From Eledone cirrhosa (Eukaryota): DNA of 64,000 bases. The translations under genes were made by a program, and so were the position numbers. Shown piece by piece: positions 25,571 through 40,420 of this stretch. The notes beneath the pieces are model-generated. The model did not search any database. It saw only the letters and a list, made by a program, of their open reading frames with translations, and had not been told where the DNA came from. The DNA is taken from positions 3,968,001-4,032,000 of the forward strand of contig OZ024742.1 in the NCBI GenBank assembly GCA_964016885.1. Direction: 5' to 3'. How positions within the stretch are numbered: the stretch's first letter is position 1; each line of letters opens with the position of its first letter.

Positions 25571-28500
25571 CCTCGGTATCCTAAGATTTACTGTACCTCG
25601 GTATCCTAAGGTTTACTGTACCTCGGTATCCTAAGGTTTACTGTTCCTTGTATCCTAAGGTTTACTGTACCTCGGTATCCTAAGGTTTACTGTACCTCGG
25701 TATCCTAAGGTTTACTGTACCTCGGTATCCTAAGGTTTACTGTTCCTTGTATCCTAAGGTTTACTGTACCTCGGTATCCTAAGGTTTACTGTACCTCGGT
25801 ATCCTAAGGTTTACTGTACCTCGGTATCCTAAGGTTTACTGTTCCTTGTATCCTAAGGTTTACTGTACCTCGGTATCCTAAGGTTTACTGTACCTCGGTA
25901 TCCTAAGGTTTACTGTACCTCGGTATCCTAAGGTTTACTGTTCCTTGTATCCTAAGGTTTACTGTACCTCTGTATCCTAAGGTTTACTGTTCCTTGTATC
26001 CTAAGGTTTACTGTACCTCTGTATCCTAAGGTTTACTGTTCCTTGTATCCTAAGGTTTACTGTACCTCGGTATCCTAAGGTTTACTGTTCCTTGTATCCT
26101 AAGGTTTACTGTACCTCGGTATCCTAAGGTTTACTGTACCTCTGTATCCTAAGGTTTACTGTTCCTTGTATCCTAAGGTTTACTGTACCTCTGTATCCTA
26201 AGGTTTACTGTTCCTTGTATCCTAAGGTTTACTGTACCTCGGTATCCTAAGGTTTACTGTACCTAGGTATCCTAAGGTTTACTGTACCTCGGTATCCTAA
26301 GGTTACTGTACCTCGGTATCCTAAGGTTTACTGTTCCTTGTATCCTAAGGTTTACTGTACCTCGGTATCCTAAGGTTTACTGTACCTCGGTATCCTAAGG
26401 TTTACTGTACCTCGGTATCCTAAGGTTTACTGTACCTCGGTATCCTAAGGTTTACTGTTCCTTGTATCCTAAGATTTACTGTACCTCTGTATCCTAAGGT
26501 TTACTGTTCCTTGTATCCTAAGGTTTACTGTACCTCTGTATCCTAAGGTTTACTGTTCCTTGTATCCTAAGGTTTACTGTACCTCGGTATCCTAAGGTTT
26601 ACTGTTCCTTGTATCCTAAGGTTTACTGTACCTCTGTATCCTAAGGTTTACTGTTCCTTGTATCCTAAGGTTTACTGTACCTCGGTATCCTAAGGTTTAC
26701 TGTACCTCGGTATCCTAAGGTTTACTGTTCCTTGTATCCTAAGGTTTACTGTACCTCGGTATCCTAAGGTTTACTGTTCCTTGTATCCTAAGGTTTACTG
26801 TACCTCGGTATCCTAAGGTTTACTGTTCCTTGTATCCTAAGGTTTACTGTACCTCGGTATCCTAAGGTTTACTGTACCTCGGTATCCTAAGGTTTACTGT
26901 ACCTCGGTATCCTAAGGTTTACTGTACCTCGGTATCCTAAGGTTTACTGTTCCTTGTATCCTAAGGTTTACTGTACCTCTGTATCCTAAGGTTTACTGTT
27001 CCTTGTATCCTAAGGTTTACTGTACCTCGGTATCCTAAGGTTTACTGTACCTCTGTATCCTAAGGTTTACTGTTCCTTGTATCCTATGGTTTACTGTACC
27101 TCGGTATCCTAAGGTTTACTGTACCTCGGTATCCTAAGGTTTACTGTTCCTTGTATCCTAAGGTTTACTGTACCTCGGTATCCTAAGGTTTACTGTACCT
27201 CGGTATCCTAAGGTTTACTGTTCCTTGTATCCTAAGGTTTACTGTACCTCGGTATCCTAAGGTTTACTGTACCTCGGTATCCTAAGGTTTACTGTACCTC
27301 GGTATCCTAAGGTTTACTGTTCCTTGTATCCTAAGGTTTACTGTACCTCGGTATCCTAAGGTTTACTGTACCTCGGTATCCTAAGGTTTACTGTACCTCG
27401 GTATCCTAAGGTTTACTGTACTCCGGTATCCTAAGGTTTCTGTACCTCGGTATCCTAAGGTTTACTGTACCTCGGTATCCTAAGGTTTACTGTTCCTTGT
27501 ATCCTAAGGTTTACTGTACCTCGGTATCCTAAGGTTTACTGTACCTCGGTATCCTAAGGTTTACTGTACTCCGGTATCCTAAGGTTTCTGTACCTCGGTA
27601 TCCTAAGGTTTACTGTTCCTCGGTATCCTAAGGTTTACTGTTCCTTGTATCCTAAGGTTTACTGTACCTCGGTATCCTAAGGTTTACTGTTCCTTGTATC
27701 CTAAGGTTTACTGTACCTCGGTATCCTAAGGTTTACTGTACCTCGGTATCCTAAGGTTTACTGTACTCCGGTATCCTAAGGTTTACTGTTCCTTGTATCC
27801 TAAGGTTTACTGTACCTCGGTATCCTAAGGTTTACTGTTCCTTGTATCCTAAGGTTTACTGTACCTCGGTATCCTAAGGTTTACTGTTCCTTGTATCCTA
27901 AGGTTTACTGTTCCTTGTATCCTAAGATTTACTGTACCTCGGTATCCTAAGGTTTACTGTACCTCGGTATCCTAAGGTTTACTGTTCCTTGTATCCTAAG
28001 GTTTACTGTTCCTTGTATCCTAAGATTTACTGTACCTCGGTATCCTAAGGTTTACTGTTCCTTGTATCCTAAGGTTTACTGTACCTCGGTATCCTAAGGT
28101 TTACTGTTCCTTGTATCCTAAGGTTTACTGTACCTCTGTATCCTAAGGTTTACTGTACCGCGGTATCCTAAGGTTTACTGTACCTCGGTATCCTAATGTT
28201 TACTGTACCTCGGTATCCTAAGGTTTACTGTACCTCGGTATCCTAAGGTTTACTGTACCCCGGTATCCTAAGGTTTACTGTACCTCGGTATCGTAAGGTT
28301 TACTGTGCCCCGGTATCCTAAGGTTTACTGTACCTCGGTATCCTAAGGTTTACTGTACCTCGGTATCCTAAGGTTTACTGTACCTCGGTATCCTAAGGTT
28401 TACTGTTCCTCGGTATCCTAAGTTTTTCTGTACCTCGGTATCCTAAGGTTTACTGTACCTCGGTATCCTAAGGTTTACTGTACCTCGGTATCCTAAGGTT

Positions 28501-31500
28501 TACTGTACCCCGGTATCCTAAGGTTTACTGTACCCCGGTATCCTAATGTTTACTGTACCTCGGTATCCTAAGGTTTACTGTTCCTCGGTATCCTAAGTTT
28601 TACTGTACCTCGGTATCCTAAGGTTTACTGTTCCTTGTATCCTACGGTTTACTGTACCCCGGTATCCTAAGGTTTACTGTACCTCGGTATCCTAAGGTTT
28701 ACTGATCCTTGTATCCTAAGGTTTACTGTACCTCGGTATCCTAAGGTTTACTGTACCTCGGTATCCTAAGGTTTACTGTTCCTCGGTATCCTAAGTTTTA
28801 CTGTACCTCGGTATCCTAAGGTTTACTGTTCCTTGTATCCTACGGTTTACTGTACCCCGGTATCCTAAGGTTTACTGTACCTCGGTATCCTAAGGTTTAC
28901 TGATCCTTGTATCCTAAGGTTTACTGTACCTCGGTATCCTAAGGTTTACTGTACCTCGGTATCCTAAGGTTTACTGTACCTCGGTATCCTAAGGTTTACT
29001 GTTCCTCGGTATCCTAAGGTTTACTGTACCTCGGTATCCTAAGGTTTACTGTACCTCGGTATCCTAAGGTTTACTGTACCTCGGTATCCTAAGGTTTACT
29101 GTTCCTTGTATCCTAAGGTTTACTGTACCTCGGTATCCTAAGGTTTACTGTACCCCGGTATCCTAAGGTTTACTGTACCTCGGTATCCTAAGGTTTACTG
29201 TACCTCGGTATCCTAAGGTTTACTGTACCCCGGTATCCTTAGGTTTACTGTTCCTCGGTATCCTAAGGTTTACTGTACCTCGGTATCGTAAGGTTTACTG
29301 TACCTCGGTATGCTAAGGTTTACTGTTCCTCGGTATCCTAAGGTTTACTGTACCTCGGTATTCTAAGGTTTCTGTACCCCGGTATCCTAAGGTTTACTGT
29401 TCCTCGGTATCCTAAGGTTTACTGTACCTCGGTATCGTAAGGTTTACTGTACCTCGGTATCCTAAGGTTTACTGTACCTCGGTATCGTAAGGTTTACTGT
29501 ACCTCGGTATCCTAAGGTTTACTGTACCCCGGTATCCTAAGGTTTACTGTTCCTCGGTAACCTAAGGTTTACTGTACCTCGGTATCGTAAGGTTTACTGT
29601 ACCTCGGTATCCTAAGGTTTACTGTTCCTCGGTATCCTAAGGTTTACTGTACCTCGGTATGCTAAGGTTTACTGTACCTCGGTATCCTAAGGTTTACTGT
29701 ACCCCTGTATCCTAAGGTTTACTGTTCCTTGTATCCTAAGGTTTACTGTACCTCGGTATCGTAAGGTTTCTGTACCTCGGTATCGTAAGGTTTACTGTAC
29801 CCCGGTATCCTAAGGTTTACTGTTCCTTGTATCCTAAGGTTTACTGTACCTCGGTATGCTAAGGTTTACTGTACCCCGGTATCCTAAGGTTTACTGTTCC
29901 TTGTATCCTAAGGTTTACTGTACCCCGGTATCCTAAGGTTTCTGTACCTCGGTATCGTAAGGTGTACTGTACCCCGGTATCCTAAGGTTTCTGTACCTCG
30001 GTATCCTAAGGTTTACTGTACCTCGGTATCCTAAGGTTTACTGTACCTCGGTATCATAAGGTTTACTGTACCTCGGTATCCTAAGGTTTACTGTACCCCG
30101 GTATCCTAAGGTTTACTGTACCCCGGTATCCTAAGGTTTACTGTACCTCGGTATCCTAAGGTTTACTGTACCGCGGTATCCTAAGGTTTACTGTACCTCG
30201 GTATCCTAAGGTTTCTGTACCTCGGTATCCTAAGGTTTACTGTACCTCGGTATCCTAAGGTTTACTGTACCTCGGTATCCTAAGGTTTACTGTACCCCGG
30301 TATGCTAAGGTTTACTGTACCTCGGTATCCTAAGGTTTACTGTACCTCGGTATCCTAAGGTTTACTGTTCCTCGGTATCCTAAGGTTTACTGTACCTCGG
30401 TATGCTAAGGTTTACTGTACCTCGGTATCCTAAGGTTTACTGTACCCCTGTATCCTAAGGTTTACTGTTCCTTGTATCCTAAGGTTTACTGTACCTCGGT
30501 ATCCTAAGGTTTCTGTACCTCGGTATCGTAAGGTTTACTGTACCCCGGTATCCTAAGGTTTACTGTTCCTTGTATCCTAAGGTTTACTGTACCTCGGTAT
30601 GCTAAGGTTTACTGTACCCCGGTATCCTAAGGTTTACTGTTCCTTGTATCCTAAGGTTTACTGTACCCCGGTATCCTAAGGTTTCTGTACCTCGGTATCG
30701 TAAGGTGTACTGTACCCCGGTATCCTAAGGTTTCTGTACCTCGGTATCCTAAGGTTTACTGTACCTCGGTATCCTAAGATTTACTGTACCTCGGTATCAT
30801 AAGGTTTACTGTACCTCGGTATCCTAAGGTTTACTGTTCCTTGTATCCTAAGGTTTACTGTTCCTTGTATCCTAAGATTTACTGTACCTCGGTATCCTAA
30901 GGTTTACTGTTCCTTGTATCCTAAGGTTTACTGTACCTCGGTATCCTAAGGTTTACTGTTCCTTGTATCCTAAGGTTTACTGTACCTCTGTATCCTAAGG
31001 TTTACTGTACCGCGGTATCCTAAGGTTTACTGTACCTCGGTATCCTAATGTTTACTGTACCTCGGTATCCTAAGGTTTACTGTACCTCGGTATCCTAAGG
31101 TTTACTGTACCCCGGTATCCTAAGGTTTACTGTACCTCGGTATCGTAAGGTTTACTGTGCCCCGGTATCCTAAGGTTTACTGTACCTCGGTATCCTAAGG
31201 TTTACTGTACCTCGGTATCCTAAGGTTTACTGTACCTCGGTATCCTAAGGTTTACTGTTCCTCGGTATCCTAAGTTTTTCTGTACCTCGGTATCCTAAGG
31301 TTTACTGTACCTCGGTATCCTAAGGTTTACTGTACCTCGGTATCCTAAGGTTTACTGTACCTCGGTATCCTAAGGTTTACTGTACCCCGGTATCCTAATG
31401 TTTACTGTACCTCGGTATCCTAAGGTTTACTGTTCCTCGGTATCCTAAGTTTTACTGTACCTCGGTATCCTAAGGTTTACTGTTCCTTGTATCCTACGGT

Positions 31501-34500
31501 TTACTGTACCCCGGTATCCTAAGGTTTACTGTACCTCGGTATCCTAAGGTTTACTGATCCTTGTATCCTAAGGTTTACTGTACCTCGGTATCCTAAGGTT
31601 TACTGTACCTCGGTATCCTAAGGTTTACTGTTCCTCGGTATCCTAAGTTTTACTGTACTTCGGTATCCTAAGGTTTACTGTTCCTTGTATCCTACGGTTT
31701 ACTGTACCCCGGTATCCTAAGGTTTACTGTACCTCGGTATCCTAAGGTTTACTGATCCTTGTATCCTAAGGTTTACTGTACCTCGGTATCCTAAGGTTTA
31801 CTGTACCTCGGTATCCTAAGGTTTACTGTACCTCGGTATCCTAAGGTTTACTGTTCCTCGGTATCCTAAGGTTTACTGTACCTCGGTATCCTAAGGTTTA
31901 CTGTACCTCGGTATCCTAAGGTTTACTGTACCTCGGTATCCTAAGGTTTACTGTTCCTTGTATCCTAAGGTTTACTGTACCTCGGTATCCTAAGGTTTAC
32001 TGTACCCCGGTATCCTAAGGTTTACTGTACCTCGGTATCCTAAGGTTTACTGTACCTCGGTATCCTAAGGTTTACTGTACCCCGGTATCCTTAGGTTTAC
32101 TGTTCCTCGGTATCCTAAGGTTTACTGTATCTCGGTATCGTAAGGTTTACTGTACCTCGGTATGCTAAGGTTTACTGTTCCTCGGTATCCTAAGGTTTAC
32201 TGTACCTCGGTATCCTAAGGTTTCTGTACCCCGGTATCCTAAGGTTTACTGTTCCTCGGTATCCTAAGGTTTACTGTACCTCGGTATCGTAAGGTTTACT
32301 GTACCTCGGTATCCTAAGCTTTACTGTACCTCGGTATCGTAAGGTTTACTGTACCTCGGTATCCTAAGGTTTACTGTACCCCGGTATCCTAAGGTTTACT
32401 GTTCCTCGGTAACCTAAGGTTTACTGTACCTCGGTATCGTAAGGTTTACTGTACCTCGGTATCCTAAGGTTTACTGTTCCTCGGTATCCTAAGGTTTACT
32501 GTACCTCGGTATGCTAAGGTTTACTGTACCTCGGTATCCTAAGGTTTACTGTACCCCTGTATCCTAAGGTTTACTGTTCCTTGTATCCTAAGGTTTACTG
32601 TACCTCGGTATCGTAAGGTTTCTGTACCTCGGTATCGTAAGGTTTACTGTACCCCGGTATCCTAAGGTTTACTGTTCCTTGTATCCTAAGGTTTACTGTA
32701 CCTCGGTATGCTAAGGTTTACTGTACCCCGGTATCCTAAGGTTTACTGTTCCTTGTATCCTAAGGTTTACTGTACCCCGGTATCCTAAGGTTTCTGTACC
32801 TCGGTATCGTAAGGTGTACTGTACCCCGGGATCCTAAGGTTTCTGTACCTCGGTATCCTAAGGTTTACTGTACCTCGGTATCCTAAGGTTTACTGTACCT
32901 CGGTATCATAAGGTTTACTGTACCTCGGTATCCTAAGGTTTACTGTACCCCGGTATCCTAAGGTTTACTGTACCCCGGTATCCTAAGGTTTACTGTATCT
33001 CGGTATCCTAAGGTTTACTGTACCGCGGTATCCTAAGGTTTACTGTACCTCGGTATCCTAAGGTTTCTGTACCTCGGTATCCTAAGGTTTACTGTACCTC
33101 GGTATCCTAAGGTTTACTGTACCTCGGTATCCTAAGGTTTACTGTACCCCGGTATCCTAAGGTTTACTGTACCTCGGTATCCTAAGGTTTACTGTACCTC
33201 GGTATCCTAAGGTTTACTGTTCCTCGGTATCCTAAGGTTTACTGTACCTCGGTATCCTAAGGTTTACTGTACCTCGGTATCCTAAGGTTTACTGTACCCC
33301 TGTATCCTAAGGTTTACTGTTCCTTGTATCCTAAGGTTTACTGTACCTCGGTATCGTAAGGTTTACTGTACCCCGGTATCCTAAGGTTTACTGTTCCTTG
33401 TATCCTAAGGTTTACTGTACCTCGGTATGCTAAGGTTTACTGTACCCCGGTATCCTAAGGTTTACTGTTCCTTGTATCCTAAGGTTTACTGTACCCCGGT
33501 ATCCTAAGGTTTCTGTACCTCGGTATCGTAAGGTGTACTGTACCCCGGTATCCTAAGGTTTCTGTACCTCGGTATCCTAAGGTTTACTGTACCTCGGTAT
33601 CCTAAGATTTACTGTACCTCGGTATCATAAGGTTTACTGTACCTCGGTATCCTAAGGTTTACTGTACCCCGGTATCCTAAGGTTTACTGTACCCCGGTAT
33701 CCTAAGGTTTACTGTACCTCGGTATCCTAAGGTTTACTGTACCGCGGTATCCTAAGGTTTACTGTACCTCGGTATCCTAAGGTTTCTGTACCTCGGTATC
33801 CTAAGGTTTACTGTACCTCGGTATCCTAAGGTTTACTGTACCTCGGTATCCTAAGGTTTACTGTACCCCGGTATCCTAAGGTTTACTGTACCTCGGTATC
33901 CTAAGGTTTACTGTACCTCGGTATCCTAAGGTTTACTGTACCTCGGTATCCTAAGGTTTACTGTACCTCGGTATCCTAAGGTTTCTGTACCTCGGTATCC
34001 TAAGGTTTACTGTTTCTCGGTATCCTAAGGTTTCTGTACCTCGGTATCCTAAGGTTTCTGTACCTCGGTATCCTAAGGTTTACTGTACCTCGGTAACCTA
34101 AGGTTTACTGTACCTCGGTATCGTAAGGTTTACTGTACCCCGGTATCCTTAGGTTTACTGTTCCTCGGTATCCTAAGGTTTACTGTACCTCGGTATCGTA
34201 AGGTTTACTGTACCTCGGTATGCTAAGGTTTACTGTTCCTCGGTATCCTAAGGTTTACTGTACCTCGGTATTCTAAGGTTTCTGTACCCCGGTATCCTAA
34301 GGTTTACTGTTCCTCGGTATCCTAAGGTTTACTGTACCTCGGTATCGTAAGGTTTACTGTACCTCGGTATCCTAAGGTTTACTGTACCTCGGTATCGTAA
34401 GGTTTACTGTACCTCGGTATCCTAAGGTTTACTGTACCCCGGTATCCTAAGGTTTACTGTTCCTCGGTAACCTAAGGTTTACTGTACCTCGGTATCGTAA

Positions 34501-37500
34501 GGTTTACTGTACCTCGGTATCCTAAGGTTTACTGTTCCTCGGTATCCTAAGGTTTACTGTACCTCGGTATGCTAAGGTTTACTGTACCTCGGTATCCTAA
34601 GGTTTACTGTACCCCTGTATCCTAAGGTTTACTGTTCCTTGTATCCTAAGGTTTACTGTACCTCGGTATCGTAAGGTTTCTGTACCTCGGTATCGTAAGG
34701 TTTACTGTACCCCGGTATCCTAAGGTTTACTGTTCCTTGTATCCTAAGGTTTACTGTACCTCGGTATGCTAAGGTTTACTGTACCCCGGTATCCTAAGGT
34801 TTACTGTTCCTTGTATCCTAAGGTTTACTGTACCCCGGTATCCTAAGGTTTCTGTACCTCGGTATCGTAAGGTGTACTGTACCCCGGTATCCTAAGGTTT
34901 CTGTACCTCGGTATCCTAAGGTTTACTGTACCTCGGTATCCTAAGGTTTACTGTACCTCGGTATCATAAGGTTTACTGTACCTCGGTATCCTAAGGTTTA
35001 CTGTACCCCGGTATCCTAAGGTTTACTGTACCCCGGTATCCTAAGGTTTACTGTACCTCGGTATCCTAAGGTTTACTGTACCGCGGTATCCTAAGGTTTA
35101 CTGTACCTCGGTATCCTAAGGTTTCTGTACCTCGGTATCCTAAGGTTTACTGTACCTCGGTATCCTAAGGTTTACTGTACCTCGGTATCCTAAGGTTTAC
35201 TGTACCCCGGTATGCTAAGGTTTACTGTACCTCGGTATCCTAAGGTTTACTGTACCTCGGTATCCTAAGGTTTACTGTTCCTCGGTATCCTAAGGTTTAC
35301 TGTACCTCGGTATGCTAAGGTTTACTGTACCTCGGTATCCTAAGGTTTACTGTACCCCTGTATCCTAAGGTTTACTGTTCCTTGTATCCTAAGGTTTACT
35401 GTACCTCGGTATCCTAAGGTTTCTGTACCTCGGTATCGTAAGGTTTACTGTACCCCGGTATCCTAAGGTTTACTGTTCCTTGTATCCTAAGGTTTACTGT
35501 ACCTCGGTATGCTAAGGTTTACTGTACCCCGGTATCCTAAGGTTTACTGTTCCTTGTATCCTAAGGTTTACTGTACCCCGGTATCCTAAGGTTTCTGTAC
35601 CTCGGTATCGTAAGGTGTACTGTACCCCGGTATCCTAAGGTTTCTGTACCTCGGTATCCTAAGGTTTACTGTACCTCGGTATCCTAAGATTTACTGTACC
35701 TCGGTATCATAAGGTTTACTGTACCTCGGTATCCTAAGGTTTACTGTTCCTTGTATCCTAAGGTTTACTGTTCCTTGTATCCTAAGATTTACTGTACCTC
35801 GGTATCCTAAGGTTTACTGTTCCTTGTATCCTAAGGTTTACTGTACCTCGGTATCCTAAGGTTTACTGTTCCTTGTATCCTAAGGTTTACTGTACCTCTG
35901 TATCCTAAGGTTTACTGTACCGCGGTATCCTAAGGTTTACTGTACCTCGGTATCCTAATGTTTACTGTACCTCGGTATCCTAAGGTTTACTGTACCTCGG
36001 TATCCTAAGGTTTACTGTACCCCGGTATCCTAAGGTTTACTGTACCTCGGTATCGTAAGGTTTACTGTGCCCCGGTATCCTAAGGTTTACTGTACCTCGG
36101 TATCCTAAGGTTTACTGTACCTCGGTATCCTAAGGTTTACTGTACCTCGGTATCCTAAGGTTTACTGTTCCTCGGTATCCTAAGTTTTTCTGTACCTCGG
36201 TATCCTAAGGTTTACTGTACCTCGGTATCCTAAGGTTTACTGTACCTCGGTATCCTAAGGTTTACTGTACCTCGGTATCCTAAGGTTTACTGTACCCCGG
36301 TATCCTAATGTTTACTGTACCTCGGTATCCTAAGGTTTACTGTTCCTCGGTATCCTAAGTTTTACTGTACCTCGGTATCCTAAGGTTTACTGTTCCTTGT
36401 ATCCTACGGTTTACTGTACCCCGGTATCCTAAGGTTTACTGTACCTCGGTATCCTAAGGTTTACTGATCCTTGTATCCTAAGGTTTACTGTACCTCGGTA
36501 TCCTAAGGTTTACTGTACCTCGGTATCCTAAGGTTTACTGTTCCTCGGTATCCTAAGTTTTACTGTACTTCGGTATACTAAGGTTTACTGTTCCTTGTAT
36601 CCTACGGTTTACTGTACCCCGGTATCCTAAGGTTTACTGTACCTCGGTATCCTAAGGTTTACTGATCCTTGTATCCTAAGGTTTACTGTACCTCGGTATC
36701 CTAAGGTTTACTGTACCTCGGTATCCTAAGGTTTACTGTACCTCGGTATCCTAAGGTTTACTGTTCCTCGGTATCCTAAGGTTTACTGTACCTCGGTATC
36801 CTAAGGTTTACTGTACCTCGGTATCCTAAGGTTTACTGTACCTCGGTATCCTAAGGTTTACTGTTCCTTGTATCCTAAGGTTTACTGTACCTCGGTATCC
36901 TAAGGTTTACTGTACCCCGGTATCCTAAGGTTTACTGTACCTCGGTATCCTAAGGTTTACTGTACCTCGGTATCCTAAGGTTTACTGTACCCCGGTATCC
37001 TTAGGTTTACTGTTCCTCGGTATCCTAAGGTTTACTGTATCTCGGTATCGTAAGGTTTACTGTACCTCGGTATGCTAAGGTTTACTGTTCCTCGGTATCC
37101 TAAGGTTTACTGTACCTCGGTATCCTAAGGTTTCTGTACCCCGGTATCCTAAGGTTTACTGTTCCTCGGTATCCTAAGGTTTACTGTACCTCGGTATCGT
37201 AAGGTTTACTGTACCTCGGTATCCTAAGCTTTACTGTACCTCGGTATCGTAAGGTTTACTGTACCTCGGTATCCTAAGGTTTACTGTACCCCGGTATCCT
37301 AAGGTTTACTGTTCCTCGGTAACCTAAGGTTTACTGTACCTCGGTATCGTAAGGTTTACTGTACCTCGGTATCCTAAGGTTTACTGTTCCTCGGTATCCT
37401 AAGGTTTACTGTACCTCGGTATGCTAAGGTTTACTGTACCTCGGTATCCTAAGGTTTACTGTACCCCTGTATCCTAAGGTTTACTGTTCCTTGTATCCTA

Positions 37501-40160
37501 AGGTTTACTGTACCTCGGTATCGTAAGGTTTCTGTACCTCGGTATCGTAAGGTTTACTGTACCCCGGTATCCTAAGGTTTACTGTTCCTTGTATCCTAAG
37601 GTTTACTGTACCTCGGTATGCTAAGGTTTACTGTACCCCGGTATCCTAAGGTTTACTGTTCCTTGTATCCTAAGGTTTACTGTACCCCGGTATCCTAAGG
37701 TTTCTGTACCTCGGTATCGTAAGGTGTACTGTACCCCGGGATCCTAAGGTTTCTGTACCTCGGTATCCTAAGGTTTACTGTACCTCGGTATCCTAAGGTT
37801 TACTGTACCTCGGTATCATAAGGTTTACTGTACCTCGGTATCCTAAGGTTTACTGTACCCCGGTATCCTAAGGTTTACTGTACCCCGGTATCCTAAGGTT
37901 TACTGTATCTCGGTATCCTAAGGTTTACTGTACCGCGGTATCCTAAGGTTTACTGTACCTCGGTATCCTAAGGTTTCTGTACCTCGGTATCCTAAGGTTT
38001 ACTGTACCTCGGTATCCTAAGGTTTACTGTACCTCGGTATCCTAAGGTTTACTGTACCCCGGTATCCTAAGGTTTACTGTACCTCGGTATCCTAAGGTTT
38101 ACTGTACCTCGGTATCCTAAGGTTTACTGTTCCTCGGTATCCTAAGGTTTACTGTACCTCGGTATCCTAAGGTTTACTGTACCTCGGTATCCTAAGGTTT
38201 ACTGTACCCCTGTATCCTAAGGTTTACTGTTCCTTGTATCCTAAGGTTTACTGTACCTCGGTATCGTAAGGTTTACTGTACCCCGGTATCCTAAGGTTTA
38301 CTGTTCCTTGTATCCTAAGGTTTACTGTACCTCGGTATGCTAAGGTTTACTGTACCCCGGTATCCTAAGGTTTACTGTTCCTTGTATCCTAAGGTTTACT
38401 GTACCCCGGTATCCTAAGGTTTCTGTACCTCGGTATCGTAAGGTGTACTGTACCCCGGTATCCTAAGGTTTCTGTACCTCGGTATCCTAAGGTTTACTGT
38501 ACCTCGGTATCCTAAGATTTACTGTACCTCGGTATCATAAGGTTTACTGTACCTCGGTATCCTAAGGTTTACTGTACCCCGGTATCCTAAGGTTTACTGT
38601 ACCCCGGTATCCTAAGGTTTACTGTACCTCGGTATCCTAAGGTTTACTGTACCGCGGTATCCTAAGGTTTACTGTACCTCGGTATCCTAAGGTTTCTGTA
38701 CCTCGGTATCCTAAGGTTTACTGTACCTCGGTATCCTAAGGTTTACTGTACCTCGGTATCCTAAGGTTTACTGTACCCCGGTATCCTAAGGTTTACTGTA
38801 CCTCGGTATCCTAAGGTTTACTGTACCTCGGTATCCTAAGGTTTACTGTACCTCGGTATCCTAAGGTTTACTGTACCTCGGTATCCTAAGGTTTCTGTAC
38901 CTCGGTATCCTAAGGTTTACTGTTTCTCGGTATCCTAAGGTTTCTGTACCTCGGTATCCTAAGGTTTCTGTACCTCGGTATCCTAAGGTTTCTGTACCTC
39001 GGTATCCTAAGGTTTACTGTACCTCGGTATCCTAAGGTTTCTGTACCTCGGTATCCTAAGGTTTACTGTTTCTCGGTATCCTAAGGTTTCTGTACCTCGG
39101 TATCCTAAGGTTTACTGTACCCCGGTATCCTACTAAGGTTTACTGTACCTCGGTATCCTAAGGTTTACTGTACCTCGGTATCCTAAGGTTTACTGTACCT
39201 CGGTATCCTAAGGTTTACTGTACCCCGGTATCCTAAGGTTTACTGTACCCCGGTATCCTAAGGTTTACTGTACCTCGGTATCCTAAGGTTTACTGTACCT
39301 CGGTATCCTAAGGTTTACTGTACCTCGGTATCCTAAGGTTTACTGTACCCCGGTATCCTACTAAGGTTTACTGTACCTCGGTATCCTAAGGTTTACTGTA
39401 CCCCGGTATCCTAAGGTTTACTGTTCCTTGTATCCTAAGGTTTACTGTACCCCGGTATCCTAAGGTTTCTGTACCTCGGTATCCTAAGGTTTCTGTACCT
39501 CGGTATCCTAAGGTTTCTGTACCTCGGTATCCTAAGGTTTACTGTACCTCGGTATCCTAAGGTTTACTGTACCCCGGTATCCTAAGGTTTACTGTTCCTT
39601 GTATCCTAAGGTTTACTGTACCTCGGTATCCTAAGGTTTACTGTACCCCGGTATCCTAAGGTTTACTGTTCCTTGTATCCTAAGGTTTACTGTACCTCGG
39701 TATCCTAAGGTTTCTGTACCTCGGTATCCTAAGGTTTCTGTACCTCGGTATCCTAAGGTTTCTGTACCTCGGTATCCTAAGGTTTACTGTACCTCGGTAT
39801 CCTAAGGTTTCTGTACCTCGGTATCCTAAGGTTTACTGTACCTCGGTATCCTAAGGTTTACTGTACCCCGGTATCCTAAGGTTTCTGTACCTCGGTATCC
39901 TAAGGTTTACTGTACCTCGGTATCCTAAGGTTTACTGTACCTCGGTATCCTAAGGTTTCTGTACCTCGGTATCCTAAGGTTTACTGTTTCTCGGTATCCT
40001 AAGGTTTCTGTACCTCGGTATCCTAAGGTTTACTGTACCTCGGTATCCTAAGGTTTCTGTACCTCGGTATCCTAAGGTTTCTGTACCTCGGTATCCTAAG
40101 GTTTACTGTTTCTCGGTATCCTAAGGTTTCTGTACCTCGGTATCCTAAGGTTTACTGTTC
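25571..40160. repeat. Satellite array, 25-bp monomer CCTCGGTATCCTAAGGTTTACTGTA (24-bp variant CCTTGTATCCTAAGGTTTACTGTT) with higher-order duplications
   Basis: Continuous tandem repeat. Rare variants recur at offset 4910 (ATCCTAAGCT 32311/37221; GTACCCCGGG 32821/37731; GTGC 31157/36067) and ~2850 (GTGC 28305/31157). Confidence 0.99.
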
Positions 40161-40174
40161 AATAAGGTGAATGT

Positions 40175-40420
40175 GTGTGGCGTTGTGGCTAGGGTGCTTG
40201 AGGCACGATCTAATAGGCAGTAGTTTGATTCTCCTCTCTACTGCACGTTTTGTCTTTTGAGCAAGACACTTCATTTAACATTGCTACAGTCTACATACAT
40301 GGCAAAAATGAGCTGTGCCTGTAATTCAAGGGGATATTCCTTGTGACATATTATTTAGAGCTGAATCTCCCTGAGAACTACCTTAAGACTACACGTGTCT
40401 GTGCATGGCTCAGCCACTTA
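40175..40420 (+). mobile_element. Decayed tRNA-derived SINE with CORE-like domain
   Basis: TGGCGTTGTGG A-box-like, AGTTTGATTC B-box-like, then TTGAGCAAGACACTTCATTT..CATTGCT..AGTC. Related minus-strand fragments at ~46960-47045 and ~62335-62385. Confidence 0.65.

Noticed and set aside
25571-40160. CRISPR-like array of 25-bp repeats
   Set aside because: No unique spacers, no cas genes, eukaryotic context; it is a satellite.
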